Positions 51,239-61,158 of a DNA stretch of 64,000 nt are shown here, piece by piece. How positions within the stretch are numbered: position 1 is the stretch's first letter; each line of letters opens with the position of its first letter. Origin of the DNA: Clostridia bacterium. GTDB lineage: Bacteria; Bacillota; Clostridia; Christensenellales; UBA1242. The stretch spans positions 80 to 64,079 of the forward strand of contig JAEDFV010000001.1 of the NCBI GenBank assembly GCA_016297845.1, in the 5' to 3' direction. A model generated the notes under the pieces. The model saw only the letters and a list, made by a program, of their open reading frames with translations. It did not search any database and had not been told where the DNA came from. The position numbers were made by a program, and so were the translations under genes.

Positions 51239-52484
51239 AAACTCTAACTTTTGCAATTTCAGCAATTAATTCGTCCTTTTCGTTTTTAATTGAACCATCA
51301 AAAACTCTACTTAAAAGTTCTGTTAAAATTGTTGCATAATATTTTTCTTTAATTTTAGGATAATTTGCTTTAATTTCTGCTCCACCTATCTTTAAATCCT
51401 TTAGTCTTATTGGAACTTTATTATTTATTAAATAGTGATAGAAGAAATTATATTTCATATACAAAAGCTTTGAACGATATCGAAGAATATCAGAAATAAC
51501 TTCAAAATCGTCAAAATATTTTATAAAGTATTCTTTATTTTCCATTCGTCCAAGTGCATCATTATATGCGAAAACAATTTTCTTATAATATTCAATTTTG
51601 TTCTCAGGGATTCCAAGACCATGTTTGCCCAGAATTTGATTAGTCAATTCTATCATATCAGTCTTATATCTGGCTGAAGTAAGAATATCAATGAGCAAAG
51701 CAATAAACCTGTTTTTAGGTTGAACGTTCTTAACTAAGTCATATTTAATTCTTAAAACAGGACTATGATAGTACTTCCAAAGTTTGAGCGAATTGAAAAC
51801 CTTTAATGCTTGCATAAAGGAATTTTTCTTACTTATCTTGTATTTTTGGTCAGAATTAAGAATTAAATTCAATTCTTCAATCTTGCGTGAACCAGAAATA
51901 TCATTTAAATTTTCGCGGAAACAATATGCTGAACGAAGCGTTACTGAATCAATTTTAAATCCAAGTTCGCTCGCCAATCGTATCATTCTCAAAATTCTAA
52001 GCCCATCGTTTTCAAAAACAAAATCAGGGTGTTCAATTGTTCGAATAATTTTCTTTTTTGCATCATTTATTCCATTATAAAAGTCGACAAATTCATCTTT
52101 TGAGATATTGTAATAAATTGCATTAACAGTGAAATCACGACGTTTTGCATCTTCCTTTATATCACTGACAAATTCCACTTTAAGCGGAACATGTTCACCT
52201 CCTTCAGCATATGTTTCACGTCTAAAAGTTGAATGTTCCCATTTTTCTTCTCCAAGTGAAATTGTTATAGTCCCAAGTTTTTTGGATTTTTCCTTAACTT
52301 CATATTTTGTTCCGAACAAAATTGTCTTTATTTCTTCTGGTGTAAGTTTACTTGCAAGGTCTATGTCTGTGTCATAAATTCCAAGAATCGAATTTCTTAC
52401 ATATCCACCAACTATAAATAAGTCACCTTTCTTCTTGAAAAGTTTTGCAAGTTTATATAAATTTGGTGTTATATGTTCTTTCAT
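51237..52484 (-). CDS. cca: CCA tRNA nucleotidyltransferase / poly(A) polymerase family
   Basis: LFIVGGYVRNSILGIYDTDIDLAS, RRDFTVNAIYYN, RILRMIRLASELGF. Confidence 0.9.
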   Translation of the reverse strand: MKEHITPNLYKLAKLFKKKGDLFIVGGYVRNSILGIYDTDIDLASKLTPEEIKTILFGTKYEVKEKSKKLGTITISLGEEKWEHSTFRRETYAEGGEHVPLKVEFVSDIKEDAKRRDFTVNAIYYNISKDEFVDFYNGINDAKKKIIRTIEHPDFVFENDGLRILRMIRLASELGFKIDSVTLRSAYCFRENLNDISGSRKIEELNLILNSDQKYKISKKNSFMQALKVFNSLKLWKYYHSPVLRIKYDLVKNVQPKNRFIALLIDILTSARYKTDMIELTNQILGKHGLGIPENKIEYYKKIVFAYNDALGRMENKEYFIKYFDDFEVISDILRYRSKLLYMKYNFFYHYLINNKVPIRLKDLKIGGAEIKANYPKIKEKYYATILTELLSRVFDGSIKNEKDELIAEIAKVRV

Positions 52485-52493
52485 TCGACACTC

Positions 52494-54914
52494 CTATTTT
52501 TCAATTATTATATCTTTGTCACCAACAGCAAATTCAAGATCTTTTATTGAACCAACTGCCTTAAGGTCATAATCAACGGTTTTAACAAAATCATTATATC
52601 CAACAAGTTTTACTTTTTCTAATTCTTCTTTTAATGAAAGGTTATTTTCAGATTTGTATTGGCGAATTTTTGACACAATTTGAACTACATCATCGCCATC
52701 AGCAATAATCTCTTTGCCAACTTTTGCATCAATTTTACCGATTATACAAAGGTGAATGGATTTCTCATTTTCAAACTCTCTGAAATATGATTGATAAATT
52801 TCTTCGGTTATGTGTGGAAGATAAATCGCAAAAAGTTTAAGCATACCTAAAAGCACAGTATATGATGCGTATTTTGCACTGTCAGTAGCATCTTGACCGA
52901 AAATATCTGGATTATACAATCTTCTTTTTACTATTTCTATATAATTGTCACAGAAATTCCAGAAAAACTTTTCAAGTTCTCCCATTGCGAGTCCAATTTC
53001 ATATTTTTCAAAATAATCTTTGAATTTGTCAAACATGTCATTAAACTTGGCAATTATCCATTCGTCCATTGGTTTTAAATTAATTTCTTTTGGGCTATAT
53101 CCGTCTAACAGAGAAATTACAAACTTCGAAGCATTCCAAATTTTGTTAACCAATTTTGCGCCATTTTTAAATTCCTCTTCCGAGAAAATTATATCTCTCC
53201 CCAAACTGCCTGTCGCCGCCCAATAACGTGTTATATCTGCTGATTTTTCTTTCAACAAAACTTCAGGCGACATTTTTGAGTTAGATTTGCTCTTTGAAAT
53301 TTTTTCGTCCTTGTTCGCCATAACAAACCCAGAAACCATAACATTATTCCAAGGTAAACAATTTGAATGGAAATGTGATTTTGCAATAGTGTAAAAATCC
53401 CATGTACGAATAATATCATGTGCATTTGGTCGAAGTGACATTGGCATCATTTTTTCATAGAAATCATCATCTATTTTCCACTTGCAGTTTAACTGAGGAG
53501 TTATTGATGATGTTTGCCATGTGTCAAAAATGTCCGTTTCTGGCTTAAACTTTGTGCTTCCACATTTTGGACAAGCATGATTTGGTTTGTCAGTTAAAGG
53601 ATTAACTGGAAGCTGACTATCTTCTGGCAAAATAATCTCCCCGCATTCCTCACAATACCAAACAGGAATTGGCACACCAAAATATCTCTGACGAGAAATA
53701 CACCAATCACGGTCAACATTTTCAACCCAATTTGTGTATCTGCTTTTCATAAATTCTGGATACCACTTGATTTCATTTCCGCGTTTCAGGAATTCATCTT
53801 TATGTTCAACAAGTTTAATAAACCATTGTTTTTTGATGTTGATTTCCATAGGTGTTCCACACCTTTCATGAGTTGCAACAGCATGAACAATTGGTTCTTG
53901 TTTAATTAAAAGTCCCGCTTCTTTAAGGTCGTTTATTATCTCACTTCTTGCGACCTTTATTTTCATTCCCTCATATTTTCCTGCAAGCGCAGTCATTCTT
54001 CCGCCATCATCAATTGCGATTTTTCTTGGAAGATTATATTTTTCTTGCCAAAAGAGATCTGTCTCATCACCATAAGTGCAACACATGACAACACCAGTTC
54101 CTTTGTCAATTGATGCCTTTTCGTCAGTCATGATTTCCACTTCAAAGTTATAAAGTGGAACCATTACTTTTTTGCCAACATACTTCTTATATCTTTCATC
54201 ATCAGGATTTACGAATACACATACGCATGCACAAAGCATTTCTGGTCTTGTTGTTGCAATTTCAAGGAAGCCCGTTCCATCAACCAAATTAAATTTCAAA
54301 TGGTTGAAAGAACTTTCAATATCCTTGCTTTCAAGTTCTGCTTGCGCTATGGAAATTCTGCACTCTGGGCACCAAATAGCTGGCTTTTCTCCATAGTATG
54401 CTTCACCCGCTTTAACAAGGTCAATGAAAGATTTTTGTGAAATTTTTTGAACCTCTGGACTAACAGTTGAATAACAAAGTGAAAAATCTGCACTGTTTCC
54501 TGCTGAAATAAACAAATCTTTGAAATCTTGTTCATATTTTTCAGCAACTTGCATACATTTTTCTCTAAACTCTTCTCTTGTTACTTCATGCGCCTTTATT
54601 CCAAATTCCTTTTCTACTAAACGCTCGGTTGGCAAACCATTGTCATCAAAACCAAATGGATAGAATGTGTTAAACCCACTCATTCTCTTGAATCTAGCAA
54701 CAAAGTCTGCTTGCGAATATGAAAAAATATGTCCAATATGGATTTTCCCACTTACAGTTGGTGGTGGAGAGTCAATCGAAAACACTTCTCTATCTGACTT
54801 TGAGTCAAATTTATAAATACCTTCCTCTTGCCAAAATTTTTGCCATTTTGGCTCACTTTCTGAAAAATTATACTTGTTATCTAACATTTTAGCCCTCGTA
54901 AAAAATTTTTGCAC
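52494..54914 (-). CDS. valS: Valyl-tRNA synthetase, archaeal-type
   Basis: PPPTVSGKIHIGHIFSYSQADFVARFKRMSGFNTFYPFGFDDNGLPTERLVE, WCISRQRYFG, KISKSKSNSKMSP; starts at M1 or M10. Confidence 0.88.
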   Translation of the reverse strand: MQKFFTRAKMLDNKYNFSESEPKWQKFWQEEGIYKFDSKSDREVFSIDSPPPTVSGKIHIGHIFSYSQADFVARFKRMSGFNTFYPFGFDDNGLPTERLVEKEFGIKAHEVTREEFREKCMQVAEKYEQDFKDLFISAGNSADFSLCYSTVSPEVQKISQKSFIDLVKAGEAYYGEKPAIWCPECRISIAQAELESKDIESSFNHLKFNLVDGTGFLEIATTRPEMLCACVCVFVNPDDERYKKYVGKKVMVPLYNFEVEIMTDEKASIDKGTGVVMCCTYGDETDLFWQEKYNLPRKIAIDDGGRMTALAGKYEGMKIKVARSEIINDLKEAGLLIKQEPIVHAVATHERCGTPMEINIKKQWFIKLVEHKDEFLKRGNEIKWYPEFMKSRYTNWVENVDRDWCISRQRYFGVPIPVWYCEECGEIILPEDSQLPVNPLTDKPNHACPKCGSTKFKPETDIFDTWQTSSITPQLNCKWKIDDDFYEKMMPMSLRPNAHDIIRTWDFYTIAKSHFHSNCLPWNNVMVSGFVMANKDEKISKSKSNSKMSPEVLLKEKSADITRYWAATGSLGRDIIFSEEEFKNGAKLVNKIWNASKFVISLLDGYSPKEINLKPMDEWIIAKFNDMFDKFKDYFEKYEIGLAMGELEKFFWNFCDNYIEIVKRRLYNPDIFGQDATDSAKYASYTVLLGMLKLFAIYLPHITEEIYQSYFREFENEKSIHLCIIGKIDAKVGKEIIADGDDVVQIVSKIRQYKSENNLSLKEELEKVKLVGYNDFVKTVDYDLKAVGSIKDLEFAVGDKDIIIEK

Positions 54915-54929
54915 AATTTATGCTTTTCT

Positions 54930-54958
54930 ATTATACTTTTGATATTCTGTTTAGTCAA
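54930..54958 (-). promoter_or_regulatory. Promoter TTGACT-17-TATAAT for valS-cca
   Basis: TTGACT (54953-54958), 17-nt spacer, TATAAT (54930-54935) on the minus strand. Confidence 0.8.
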
Positions 54959-54976
54959 ATGATTTATTAAATTTAG

Positions 54977-55005
54977 TTGAATTTATATTATGGATATGTT
55001 AAAAT
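54977..55005 (+). promoter_or_regulatory. Promoter TTGAAT-17-TAAAAT for glycosyltransferase genes
   Basis: TTGAAT 54977-54982, TAAAAT 55000-55005. Confidence 0.6.
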
Positions 55006-55027
55006 AATTCAAAACTTAGGAGAAGGA

Positions 55028-56200
55028 ATGGACAAAAAAAGATTAAACATAGGGCTCTTCATAGACACATGGTATCCGATGGTTGACGGAGTAATAACTG
55101 TTGTTGACAACTATGCAAAATTACTGTCAGCTATGGGACATAATGTGACAGTTTTTTGTCCTAATGTTGGCGTTTCTGAAGATAAGCGTGATTATAGAAT
55201 TGTGAAATGTAAGAGCATGAAACTTTTAGGATTGGACTATTCTCTTCCTCTTCCAAATTCAGACAAGAAATTCAAAAAAGAAATCAAAGAATCAAATCTT
55301 GATATAATTCACATTCATTCTCCTTTTTTTGTTGGCAAGATTGGTGCAAAGTTTGCAAAAAAGAATAAAATTCCTTTGTTGTCAACGTTCCATAGCCAAT
55401 TCAAAAAGGATTTCTATAAAGCAACCAAAAGCAGAATCTTAACTAAAATTTTACTTTCAAGCATAGTGAGAACATTTAATAAAAGTGATTTACTCCTAAC
55501 AATGAATTCTGCTTGTGCAAATTTGATTAAAGAATATGGTTATAGAGGCAACATACAGTTATTGCCAAACGGCACCAATTTGTCAGATAAATTGGACGTT
55601 ACAGATGAAATTGAAAACATAAAGCATAAATATAATTTAACAGATGAAAAAATTCTAATCAGTGTTGGCAGACTTGTTAAACTAAAAAACATAGATTTTA
55701 CTATTGATGTGTGCAAATTTTTGTTAGATAACAACTTTAAGTTCAAGTTGTTCATCATCGGAGATGGAGTTGACCGAAATATTTTCGAAAAAAAAGTGAA
55801 ATCTTTGGGATTGCAAAATAATGTTATATTTGCTGGAAAAATATATGACACAAAAACAAAATCTGCTTTTTTTAAAATTGCCGACTTACATATATTTCCA
55901 TCATATTATGACACAGATGGAATTGTAAAAATAGAGTCTGCCGCCTATAACACTCCAACAATCTTCACAAGCGGAAGTCTGGCAAGTTCTTCTTGCACAG
56001 ATAAGATTGACGGATATGTTGAAGATTGTGACGTGGAAAAATTTGGAAGAAAAATATTAGAAATTTTTTCAGACGAAAATAGTTTTGAAGATGTCCAAAA
56101 AAAATGCAAAGAAAATCTTTACATAACATGGGAAGAAATTATTTACAAATTAGAGACAATTTATTATAATTTAATAGAAAAGGAAGAAAAAAATGATTAA
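55028..56200 (+). CDS. GT4-family glycosyltransferase (glycolipid-type)
   Basis: LNIGLFIDTWYPMVDGVITVVDNYAKLLSAMGHNVTVFCP, SVGRLVKLKNIDFTIDV; AGGAG before ATG 55028 (listed ORF start 54977 lies in the promoter). Confidence 0.85.
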   Translation: MDKKRLNIGLFIDTWYPMVDGVITVVDNYAKLLSAMGHNVTVFCPNVGVSEDKRDYRIVKCKSMKLLGLDYSLPLPNSDKKFKKEIKESNLDIIHIHSPFFVGKIGAKFAKKNKIPLLSTFHSQFKKDFYKATKSRILTKILLSSIVRTFNKSDLLLTMNSACANLIKEYGYRGNIQLLPNGTNLSDKLDVTDEIENIKHKYNLTDEKILISVGRLVKLKNIDFTIDVCKFLLDNNFKFKLFIIGDGVDRNIFEKKVKSLGLQNNVIFAGKIYDTKTKSAFFKIADLHIFPSYYDTDGIVKIESAAYNTPTIFTSGSLASSSCTDKIDGYVEDCDVEKFGRKILEIFSDENSFEDVQKKCKENLYITWEEIIYKLETIYYNLIEKEEKND

Positions 56201-57011
56201 TTTATTATTTGCAGGAAATAACAAAGTTTTTAATGGAATGATGATAACACTTTTATCAATTGTTAAACATACAAAATGCCCAATAAACGCATATTGTTTC
56301 ACAATGGATTTAACTGAAATTAATGAGAAATTTGTTCCAATAAGCAAAGAACAAGCAAAATATTTAGAGGAAATTCTAAAACAAACAAACAGTGAAAGCA
56401 AACTTACACTTTTTGACCTTTCAAAAATGTTTAAAAAGGAAATGATTGACAGTGTAAACATCGGGAGTCATTTTACTCCTTATTCAATGCTTCGTTTGTT
56501 TGCTGACGATGTCAAAGAAATTCCAGACAAAATTATTTATTTAGACACAGATACAATTATAAACAGCGACTTAAGCCAACTCTTTGATATTAACATAGAT
56601 GATTATGAACTCGGTTGCGTAAAAGATGCTTTTAATTGGGCGTCCCCATCTCGCTGGACAACAAAAGGCTATTTTAATGCCGGAGTTTTACTTATGAACA
56701 TGAAAAAAATTCGTGAAACAGGAATGTTAAAAAAAGCCAGACAACTTTGCCACGACAAAAAGATGTTATATATGGACCAAGATGCACTAAACAAAAGTGT
56801 GACTTATAAGAAAATGCTTCCATTGATATATAATTCAAAAGACAAATACTATCCTGAAATTGTAATACATCATTTTTGCAATGTAAGAAAAAATGGAAAT
56901 TGGTTCCATAGAATTAAACCTTGGGAAGTTGAACTTGTAAAATCAAAAATGAGTGCGTATGACGATATTTTAGATAACTATGTAGAAAGAAAGAAAACAG
57001 TTAATTTTTAA
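56193..57011 (+). CDS. GT8-family glycosyltransferase
   Basis: FAGNNKVFNGMMITLLSIVKHT, KIIYLDTDTIINSDLSQLFDI, HHFCNVRKNGNWFHRIKPW. Confidence 0.85.
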   Translation: MINLLFAGNNKVFNGMMITLLSIVKHTKCPINAYCFTMDLTEINEKFVPISKEQAKYLEEILKQTNSESKLTLFDLSKMFKKEMIDSVNIGSHFTPYSMLRLFADDVKEIPDKIIYLDTDTIINSDLSQLFDINIDDYELGCVKDAFNWASPSRWTTKGYFNAGVLLMNMKKIRETGMLKKARQLCHDKKMLYMDQDALNKSVTYKKMLPLIYNSKDKYYPEIVIHHFCNVRKNGNWFHRIKPWEVELVKSKMSAYDDILDNYVERKKTVNF

Positions 57012-57042
57012 AAAAAAACACATTATTGAATGTGTTTTTTTA
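57011..57042. terminator. Bidirectional terminator
   Basis: aaaaACACATT-attg-AATGTGTttttttt. Confidence 0.8.
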
Positions 57043-57879
57043 AATTGATTCATCTATGATTTTTTTGCGTTTTTCTGCATATTCTTCTTCGCTTATTATT
57101 CCTTCCATCTTTAAAGCATTAAGTTTAGAAAGTTTTGTCTTTAAATCATTTTCATTATTGTTTTCCTTCTTTTCTTCAACAGTTGTCTCTTGACTTGTCT
57201 TTCCAGCAAGCGCGTTATATCGATTTAATCTCAGTTGTCTTTCTGCTTGCTCATTTTTGATTATTGCTATCGCTTCATCTGTAGCCAAATAGTCTGGTGT
57301 TTTAAAAATATATGAATATAGCAAATATACAACTTCTGTTATTAAAAGTAAAAAGTTTGACACAGCAAAAATAATAAGGGTTATATCCGTATTAAATATT
57401 GCAGTTAAAATAAGCAAAATTCCACTTGTAAACCAAAATGTAGCCAAAACAACATCTAACCATGCATTGTTTCTTTTCTCTTTAAAAGCCTTTATTCCAA
57501 TAATAATTTTCCATATCGCAAATGCTAAAACAAAAACGGATATAAAGTATCTAAGATCAAATGTTGAATTTCTCATAAAGAGATAAATCACACCTGTAAT
57601 TAAAATAAGAGCTGAAATACAGATATTAAAAATTCCATCTGCGCACAATGATTTTTTAACGGATTTATAGTCACGGAATACTTTTATTTGACTTATTCCA
57701 GTTGCTATTGCTGTCAATATAACTATAATTGATGTTCCAACAGCCATAACATTACTTACAGAAATTTTAGCCAAAATAGCAGTCATAATCATTGCTATTA
57801 CAGCAATTGACACGATAACACTTGTGACAACTATTCCTGTTTTTGTATCTCTTTTCAAAAATTTTAAGTCTTGTTCCAT
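57040..57879 (-). CDS. Multi-pass membrane protein with SHOCT-like C-terminus
   Basis: Five or more hydrophobic segments; C-terminal LKTKLSKLNALKMEGIISEEEYAEKRKKII. Confidence 0.7.
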   Translation of the reverse strand: MEQDLKFLKRDTKTGIVVTSVIVSIAVIAMIMTAILAKISVSNVMAVGTSIIVILTAIATGISQIKVFRDYKSVKKSLCADGIFNICISALILITGVIYLFMRNSTFDLRYFISVFVLAFAIWKIIIGIKAFKEKRNNAWLDVVLATFWFTSGILLILTAIFNTDITLIIFAVSNFLLLITEVVYLLYSYIFKTPDYLATDEAIAIIKNEQAERQLRLNRYNALAGKTSQETTVEEKKENNNENDLKTKLSKLNALKMEGIISEEEYAEKRKKIIDESI

Positions 57880-57887
57880 ATTCCCTC

Positions 57888-58673
57888 CTATCTTTTTCGT
57901 CCAATGAATTTAAGTATAGACCACAATAATTGTGCTGAAAATTTAAGAATGAATAAAGATGTTAAAATTATGTTTGCAACAAAGATTTTATAATTTAATT
58001 TTGACATTTTTTTGACAATCTTAAATTCTTCATCTGACAAAATCATCATAGCTTCGAGAATATTGAGTCCTTCGTTGTCAGCCTCCTTGATAACTTTTGC
58101 TGTGCTTAATGCAAGCGCCAAAATGACTATGAAAGCAAAAACTGCAACACAGCAAGCAACAATCGAAATAACCCCTAACTCACTGAAAACAAGTGCGTCA
58201 ACTAAAATTGAAACAAAAACTGCTGGGACAATAATTCCAATTGAAGATTGAAGCCAACCAACATTTGAAACACGTTTTACTCCCTTGTTCCCTTCAGCAT
58301 CAAGTTTTGCAAGCCCAACAACTCTTGTCACTGTAGCAAGCCCTAAAATTGCGCTGTTATTATATACATTTTTGCTTAAATAAATTTTCTTATATTTTGC
58401 GCTGTATCTGTTTCCGCGAAAGAAACTTGATATGAAACTGGATCTTTCAATCTCAACATTAACCAATCCAAGTTGGTCTAGCATTGTTCTTGTCAAATCC
58501 GCCCCAGAAACATTAATTTCTATTTTCTTTTTTCTTAAGCGAAGAAATGCTCTTCTTTCTTTGTGTTCAACAATTTTTGTCCAAAACAACACACCAATTA
58601 TTGCAAGAGCAATAACACCAATTACAATGAGTATTGCCAGCGTCAATGTTGTCATTCCTAAAAAACTTATCAT
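57888..58673 (-). CDS. YugP-like (Zn_peptidase_2 family) membrane protein lacking the HExxH motif
   Basis: INVSGADLTRTMLDQLGLVNVEIER...YSAKYKKIYLSKNVYNNSAILGLATVTRVVGLAKL resembles YugP, but HEVGHA is replaced by TRVVGLA. Confidence 0.6.
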   Translation of the reverse strand: MISFLGMTTLTLAILIVIGVIALAIIGVLFWTKIVEHKERRAFLRLRKKKIEINVSGADLTRTMLDQLGLVNVEIERSSFISSFFRGNRYSAKYKKIYLSKNVYNNSAILGLATVTRVVGLAKLDAEGNKGVKRVSNVGWLQSSIGIIVPAVFVSILVDALVFSELGVISIVACCVAVFAFIVILALALSTAKVIKEADNEGLNILEAMMILSDEEFKIVKKMSKLNYKIFVANIILTSLFILKFSAQLLWSILKFIGRKR

Positions 58674-58752
58674 ATAAAACTCCTTTTATTTTGTATATGA
58701 TTTTATCATATCATAGTGAAAGGAATTTTCAAAATGTTTTTTATACCTTTAT

Positions 58753-59589
58753 CTATTCTTTTCCCAGCACTTTTTCTGTTACATTGACAATAAATTCAAT
58801 ATTCCCAATCTTTGGAATAGCAACAGTGTAATCTATTTTTCTACTTTTGGGTTCTGTTATTTCGCCATTAATAAAATAATTATAAAGACCAGTAGAATAT
58901 CCATATTCTTCAGAATCTGTTGTTATATCAATTCCATAGGAGATTGATTTAGATTCTTCATAATATTTTCTTGTGAACACATACAAATCTTTTTCAATAG
59001 GTTTGTTATTTTTTGTGAACGCCCAACCAACAAAGGTCTTTCCCGATTCACGAGTGTGGTTAATAATTATTTTACCCGAAGAATCAACTGTTTTGTCTGC
59101 GCTTGCACCATTTGTTTCTCCAAACACACCAACTTTTCCTATGCTCATATCTCCTGCATCTTCATAAACTCTTATATTTATAACTTTGTCTCCGGCCTCA
59201 ATTTTTGTCAGTCCACCTTTTGCTTCAACATATAAAGTTGGCAAAGCAATAAACAATTTTCCATCTTCAAGCTTCCAAATTGGCGCAGAAATAAAATTGT
59301 TGTTTCCAACACTAAACTTATAGTCAACATCTTTCTTATATATGACATTGTTGATTGTTATTGCTGATAGTTCGTTTATCTCATTATCTTCGACTTGAAC
59401 ATAGAAATTATCATCAGAAACTTTTTCAAGTTCTGAATTTTCTGCCTTGTTATAATATGTTTCTACAAGTGTTGCAGAAATAGTTGCACATTCTTCAATT
59501 AAATTCTTATCTATTGTTAGATTTTCACACCCAGTAAAACAGAGAGGAATAAACAAAAATAATAATAAAATTGACAATATTTTTTTCAT
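58753..59589 (-). CDS. Lipoprotein, unknown function
   Basis: MKKILSILLLFLFIPLCFTGCEN lipobox. Confidence 0.8.
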   Translation of the reverse strand: MKKILSILLLFLFIPLCFTGCENLTIDKNLIEECATISATLVETYYNKAENSELEKVSDDNFYVQVEDNEINELSAITINNVIYKKDVDYKFSVGNNNFISAPIWKLEDGKLFIALPTLYVEAKGGLTKIEAGDKVINIRVYEDAGDMSIGKVGVFGETNGASADKTVDSSGKIIINHTRESGKTFVGWAFTKNNKPIEKDLYVFTRKYYEESKSISYGIDITTDSEEYGYSTGLYNYFINGEITEPKSRKIDYTVAIPKIGNIEFIVNVTEKVLGKE

Positions 59590-59674
59590 AGTACGATTGT
59601 TTCCTAAAATTTTTACATTAAACTCTTTTCTTTTTTAAATTCTTGTGATATTATCTTCATCAAGGAGAACAATT

Positions 59675-60562
59675 ATGACAAAGAAAAAACCTTGGTGGGT
59701 AAAATTATTAATATCATTACTTAGTTTAGTATTGGTTGTTGCAATTGCAATAGGTGGAGTTTATTTTTATGCTAAAAGTAAATTTGGAATAGACATTTTC
59801 CAAACAATTTCTCAACTTAAAATAATGGCACAAGACGTTGATGAAGCAACAATGTTCACAAACAAATTTACAGAAGAAGATATGAAATCTGCAAAAGAAA
59901 CTGTAAATGAAAAAGCAAAAGATGTGATTGCATATAATGAAACCGACGGCTATTCTATCACCACAAGCGGTTTGACATCAGAATCTAATTTAACAGGCGA
60001 AATAAAATTAACTGACAAACAAGTTGGGGCTGTTCTTAACACAATAATCAATGGCAGCGAAAGTGATTTAAAAATAAATTTTGGAAGTTATGAAATTTCA
60101 ATTGAAATTATACAAATTAAATTTGAACAATTAGACATTGAAAATAATACTGCCGACGTAAACATTGTGTTGAAGCTTGACATTTCGGCAATAAAAAATT
60201 CAATGAATTCTTTCCCTTTAAGCCTTTTCAATAAATATATTCCTAAAACTTTGTATATCTCTTCTACATGCACAGTAACAAAAGGTTCTAACCCATTTGA
60301 ATATAACGTACAAGGAAAATCTCTTACAATAAATAAATTAGACAAAACACAATCTGAAAATATTGTGAAGGTTCTAGATTTGGTTACAAAAATTGGAACT
60401 TCAACTCAACTTTGCGAAACACTCTGCACACCTATGATTGATGCAATAATTGGAAATGAAACCAACTCAGGATTTGCATATTCATTAAAATCACTAGGAG
60501 CAAAGGACTATGCTTTTGAAACAGTTTCCGAAACGATTTATTTTGTAATAAAGGTTGCATAA
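59675..60562 (+). CDS. Single-pass membrane-anchored protein, unknown function
   Basis: MTKKKPWWVKLLISLLSLVLVVAIAIGGVYFY; AAGGAG before ATG 59675. Confidence 0.75.
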   Translation: MTKKKPWWVKLLISLLSLVLVVAIAIGGVYFYAKSKFGIDIFQTISQLKIMAQDVDEATMFTNKFTEEDMKSAKETVNEKAKDVIAYNETDGYSITTSGLTSESNLTGEIKLTDKQVGAVLNTIINGSESDLKINFGSYEISIEIIQIKFEQLDIENNTADVNIVLKLDISAIKNSMNSFPLSLFNKYIPKTLYISSTCTVTKGSNPFEYNVQGKSLTINKLDKTQSENIVKVLDLVTKIGTSTQLCETLCTPMIDAIIGNETNSGFAYSLKSLGAKDYAFETVSETIYFVIKVA

Positions 60563-60592
60563 AAAAACTCGAACTTGATGTTCGAGTTTTTA
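60561..60592. terminator. Intrinsic terminator
   Basis: aaaaaaaCTCGAAC-ttgat-GTTCGAGttttt. Confidence 0.85.
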
Positions 60593-60597
60593 TTATC

Positions 60598-60825
60598 TTA
60601 GACATTTAAAATTCTGCAAATGCGTTTTTGAGCAAGCATGAAAATTAAATCAAGAATCCACATGATAAATCCAAGACCAATTAATCTGATAATTCCAGCA
60701 ACAATTTTGCCTTCTTTAAATCTTGTCAATGCTCCCAAAATCCAAGCGGTAACAGGTATTATCGCAAGAATAACGCTTATAACATAGCCAAGTCCAAAAT
60801 AATCTCTTTTCCCTGATTTTGCCAT
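60598..60825 (-). CDS. Small hydrophobic membrane protein
   Basis: 75 aa with two hydrophobic segments; GGAGGG ribosome-binding site upstream. Confidence 0.65.
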   Translation of the reverse strand: MAKSGKRDYFGLGYVISVILAIIPVTAWILGALTRFKEGKIVAGIIRLIGLGFIMWILDLIFMLAQKRICRILNV

Positions 60826-60920
60826 TGTCCTTCCCTCCTCTCTGGAGAGATTATACTACATATTTCAACAAAAAGAAAATAAATGATTGTAATTTTTTCA
60901 AAATTTTAGTTTGTTTAAAC

Positions 60921-60949
60921 ATAAAATAAAAAACACGCCCAGGCGTGTA
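60921..60949 (-). terminator. Terminator downstream of tRNA-Arg
   Basis: Minus strand ACACGCC-TG-GGCGTGT-TTTTTATTTTA. Confidence 0.75.
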
Positions 60950-60951
60950 GT

Positions 60952-61028
60952 TGGTGCGTCCTGAGGGATTCGAACCCCCGACCTTTGGTTCCGTAGACCA
61001 ACGCTCTATCCAGCTGAGCTAAGAACGC
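60952..61028 (-). tRNA. tRNA-Arg(ACG)
   Basis: Minus strand GCGTTCTTAGCTCAGCTGGATAGAGCGTTGGTCTACGGAACCAAAGGTCGGGGGTTCGAATCCCTCAGGACGCACCA; loop CTACGGA. Confidence 0.95.
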
Positions 61029-61158
61029 ATAATCGATTTTCAAATTGGACTTGAAAGGGAGGTGTATTATCCAATCTGAAATCAACTTTGTTATTATAAA
61101 CAAAAAAGCAGTTTTTGTCAACTGCTTTCTTTTATTTATTTTAAATTTATTATGAGCT

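Noticed and set aside
54977-55027. N-terminal extension of the GT4 glycosyltransferase ORF
   Set aside because: It overlaps the -35 and -10 elements; ATG at 55028 has an AGGAG ribosome-binding site and matches the family N-terminus.
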